From contig OZ024743.1 in the NCBI GenBank assembly GCA_964016885.1, forward strand, positions 85,994,001 through 86,058,000: DNA of 64,000 nt, given 5' to 3'. Shown here piece by piece: positions 61,801 to 64,000 of the stretch (the stretch's first letter is position 1; every line of letters begins with the position of its first letter). The position numbers were made by a program, and so were the translations under genes. The notes under the pieces are model-generated. The model was given only the letters and a program-made list of their open reading frames with translations, had not been told where the DNA came from and did not search any database. Source of the DNA: Eledone cirrhosa. Lineage: Eukaryota.

Positions 61801-62557
61801 TGTAGCTGCTGCTGCTGTAGATGTAACTTTTGTTTGACCCTTTTAATACTAACATGTCTGAAACCTCCCCTGGTTTTAATATACAAAACTGTTTGTTTTA
61901 AAGTGTTTATATTTATACCTTCCGTCATAATTTTAATCCAAGAGCATTTAATGCCAGTTATATTCCAAAATTCAATTTAATAATGAAAAAGCTTGGGGAT
62001 CCAGCCAGATCAGTTGGAAATGGTTGCTTCTGACAGGACCTGCTGGAAGGAGTGTTTGAGGACTCTTCCCCAACGACCCTCTCAGGAATAAGTGGGAAAA
62101 GAAAAAAAAGAAGTTATATTTTACTAAATTCCTCCAAATTGTTTTTATTAATTAAAACATATTGGGAGTGTATTTCATTAGAAAGGATTAATCATCATCA
62201 TCACCGTTTAACATCCATTTTTTCATTTTAGCATGGGTTAGATAAGTTGTCCTGTTGTGAGATAAGCCAGGTCAAATGACAATGTCCTGCTCATACAGAA
62301 CTGATTAATGTTAATTATAACGCTTTAATTCTTTAACTTTAAAATGACTGAAAAAAGAATTATTTATTTTATTCTATCATAAGTTGTCGAACATCAAATA
62401 GAATTCTTTGCTATGACTTTTCTTCTCTTCTTTAATTGCAGCATGTGTTTGAGATGGTATCAAGGTTGCCACCTGATGAATTGCCAAAGTTTTGTTACAC
62501 ACCTCCCCCACCTGTTGATCAAAGTATAGAACATGTTGTAAACAAGCGGTATTGTAG
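52753..62557 (+). CDS. NFRKB: Nuclear factor related to kappa-B-binding protein (INO80 subunit G), 5' portion with DEUBAD region; continues beyond the window
   Basis: Coding exons 52753-52851, 54078-54155, 57483-57538, 60316-60383, 61303-61430, 62442-62557 join in phase: MDAMVQ..CIIGKDELLLPDNFIEQ/SFIFNEVMNFETWEKVLTPAQRHHLM/KFLPTFP../RLLSGENFKFGNP../..YYTKLFKDVILSRQ. This parallels the recalled NFRKB N-terminus (TWQEVLS..QREHL.QFLPQFP..LFSGENFRFGNP). Confidence 0.9.
54078..54155 (+). CDS. NFRKB: NFRKB exon (SFIFNEVMNFETWEKVLTPAQRHHLM)
   Basis: ttttcag| acceptor, |gtaagt donor. Confidence 0.9.
54228..54647 (+). mobile_element. Diverged SINE with ~6 internal 30-48-bp units
   Basis: GTGATAGTG(C/T)TGGTGC..GATAAAACA.ACCCAGT repeats, a degenerate core and a GAT tail. 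Confidence 0.75.
54763..54978 (+). mobile_element. piggyBac-type MITE family A
   Basis: TTAACCCTTTAGCATT ... TAAATGCTAAAGGATTAA. Confidence 0.85.
55408..55915 (-). mobile_element. CR1-clade LINE 3' end, same family as 37545
   Basis: LETVQRRATK..TRGHAHK..RKQFFTLRVAEAWNKLP; (TAA)n tail. Confidence 0.9.
56205..56480 (+). mobile_element. R4/NeSL-type REL retrotransposon C-terminal fragment
   Basis: EK...Y.EL..NLQIL....F..VIIGTVG.V...L..NLEKLG..LQVQSINGTVKICK. Confidence 0.6.
56655..56995 (+). mobile_element. tRNA-derived SINE with CORE-like domain and RTE-derived 3' end (a related head is at 53650-53985)
   Basis: TGGCTTAGTGG A-box, GAGTTCAATTC B-box, CCTTGAGCAAGACACTT core, AGGAAGGGCATCC module, GGACGTAAAATG tail. 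Confidence 0.8.
57483..57538 (+). CDS. NFRKB: NFRKB exon (KFLPTFPVDDQEQKQITV)
   Basis: ttttcag| acceptor, |gtaagt donor, phase 0-2. Confidence 0.88.
57566..57783 (+). mobile_element. piggyBac-type MITE family A, degenerate ends
   Basis: Shared internal sequence; AAATGCTAAAGGG end. Confidence 0.8.
59233..59480 (-). mobile_element. Ingi/Vingi-like LINE 3' end
   Basis: HRWKMKDSPACDCGDPDQTVLHVVW.(C>Y)PLR.F..A.VWF.NLDL knuckle, then a CATACAAAAAGAA terminus. Confidence 0.6.
59557..60137 (-). mobile_element. RTE LINE 3' end
   Basis: ERRLCWYGYVMCMKDDSC..GRPRKTW; (ATC)n tail. Confidence 0.9.
60316..60383 (+). CDS. NFRKB: NFRKB exon (RLLSGENFKFGNPVKKFHMKLK)
   Basis: taacag| acceptor, |gtaaga donor, phase 2-1; GENF.FGNP motif. 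Confidence 0.92.
61303..61430 (+). CDS. NFRKB: NFRKB exon (GTFTSEILKY...YYTKLFKDVILSRQ)
   Basis: ttgtag| acceptor, |gtatgt donor, phase 1-0. Confidence 0.9.
62442..62557 (+). CDS. NFRKB: NFRKB exon (HVFEMVSRLPPDELPKFCYTPPPPVDQSIEHVVNKRYC)
   Basis: ttgcag| acceptor after a pyrimidine tract, AG|gtaggc donor, phase 0-2. Confidence 0.8.
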
Positions 62558-62594
62558 GTAGGCTGATGTGGTTCTTTGTTGTTAAACTTTCACT

Positions 62595-63266
62595 GTACTT
62601 CAGCAAAGGTGATGGTTTGTCAGATGGATTGTTAGAGCCTCAGTACTTCAGCAAGGGTGATGGTTTGTCAGATGGATTGTTACAGCCTCAGTGTTTCAGC
62701 AAGGGTGATGGTTTGTCAGATGGATTGTTAGAGCCTCAGTGTTTCAGCAAGAGTGATAGTTTGTCAGATGGATTGTTAGAGCCTCGGTACATCAGCAAGG
62801 GTGATGGTTTGTCAGATGGATTGTTAGAGCCTCAGTGTTTCAGCAAGAGTGATAGTTTGTCAGATGGATTGTTAGAGCCTCGGTACATCAGCAAGGGTGA
62901 TGGTTTGTCAGATGGATTGTTAGAGCCTCAGTGTTTCAGCAAGGGTGTTGGTTTGTTAGATGGATTGTTAGAGCCTCAGTGTTTCAGCAAGGGTGATGGT
63001 TTGTTAGATGGATTGTTAGAGCCTCGGTACATCAGCAAGGGTGATGGTTTGTCAGATGGATTGTTAGAGCCTCAGTATATCAGCAAGGGTGATGGTTTGT
63101 CAGATGGATTGTTAGAGCCTCGGTACGTCAGCAAGGGTGATGGTTTGTCAGATGGATTGTTAGAGCCTCGGTACATCAACAAGGGTGATGGTTTGTCAGA
63201 TGGATTGTTAGAGCCTCGGTACATCAGCAAGGGTGATGGTTTGTCAGATGGATTGTTAGAGCCTTG
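62595..63266 (+). repeat. 48-bp minisatellite (~14 units, CAGCAAGGGTGATGGTTTGTCAGATGGATTGTTAGAGCCTCRGTRYWT)
   Basis: Visible tandem array followed by a SINE-like body with B-box-like GTTCAAATC at ~63311. Confidence 0.97.
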
Positions 63267-63781
63267 GACAAAGTGATTTGTGGTATTCCTTCTGATTGTT
63301 TATGTTTTGTGTTCAAATCTTACCAAAGTCACACTGAATCTCCCTGAGAACTATATTAAGAGTGCATGTACCTGTGGAATGCTCAGTCACTTACATGTTA
63401 AATTCCCAAACAGGCTCTTCTGTTGATTGAATCAACTGGAGCACTTGTCGGAAACAACAAAGGTCCAATAACTAGTATACAATATATTATTTATTTCATA
63501 AAACAATATTTGAGTTTATCATCCAACATACTATGATCACAATGTCCACAGTATATCACTGGTATACATATTCAGTCCCTTAATTTGATACTAATGGATC
63601 TGTACTGTCAATAATGATGGTAATATCATTTAACATATTTAATTTTTGGACTCCAGGATTGGTATGCTATATATACCAGGATTACTGGATATATGGACAA
63701 TCATACAAACTGGGAAATTTACGTTTTTTTTGATAAATTAATGGTTTGCATAAAAGAAACCTATAGGTTTTGATACAGTGT

Positions 63782-64000
63782 TTAACCCTTTAGCATTTAC
63801 ATTACTCTATATTTACTATTATATTTTCATGGTGAAGGCATAATTATCTCACATAATATCAAATCTATGAGATTTTGATATTATTTATTTTGAGAACAAT
63901 GCCTTAACATCAGCATGAGTGTTCAGTTACGGCCGGTTTGAACAGAAAGAGGTGAGATAATTCTGGCTGGATACAGCCGGTTTAAATGCTAAAGGGTTAA
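63782..64000 (+). mobile_element. piggyBac-type MITE family A, complete copy
   Basis: TTAA|CCCTTTAGCATTTA ... TAAATGCTAAAGGG|TTAA. Confidence 0.88.

Noticed and set aside
62566-63276. Stand-alone 236-aa repeat gene
   Set aside because: It begins 9 nt into an NFRKB intron with no promoter evidence; kept only as a possible exonisation.

Overview
AT-rich, repeat-dense animal genomic DNA. The SINE/RTE landscape, microsatellites and C2H2 ZNF remnant suggest an octopus or other coleoid cephalopod (inference, not proven). Two spliced + strand genes are present. The first is the 3' part of NFXL1: 13 in-phase exons at 410-26606 encoding NF-X1 Cys/His repeats, a coiled coil and a C-terminal TM anchor. 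The second is the 5' part of NFRKB/INO80G: 6 coding exons at 52753-62557 encoding the N-terminal DEUBAD region, with a candidate promoter near 45.8-46 kb. Introns and the intergenic region contain RTE, CR1, CRE-like, R4-like, Vingi-like and Penelope-like retroelement remnants, tRNA-derived SINEs, TTAA (piggyBac-type) and Tc1-type MITEs, a non-autonomous Helitron and a 420-bp fold-back. Most notable: (i) an 8.1-kb, ~200-copy, palindrome-rich 40-bp satellite with higher-order structure in one NFXL1 intron; (ii) a graded series showing SINE/LINE sub-modules expanding into 45-48-bp minisatellites, one of which could splice in frame onto NFRKB; (iii) minimal hammerhead-ribozyme-like motifs; (iv) PHD fingers in two unrelated retrotransposon clades, one inserted within the RT domain. 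All calls were made by eye with no database searches; family names are recalled from motif knowledge.
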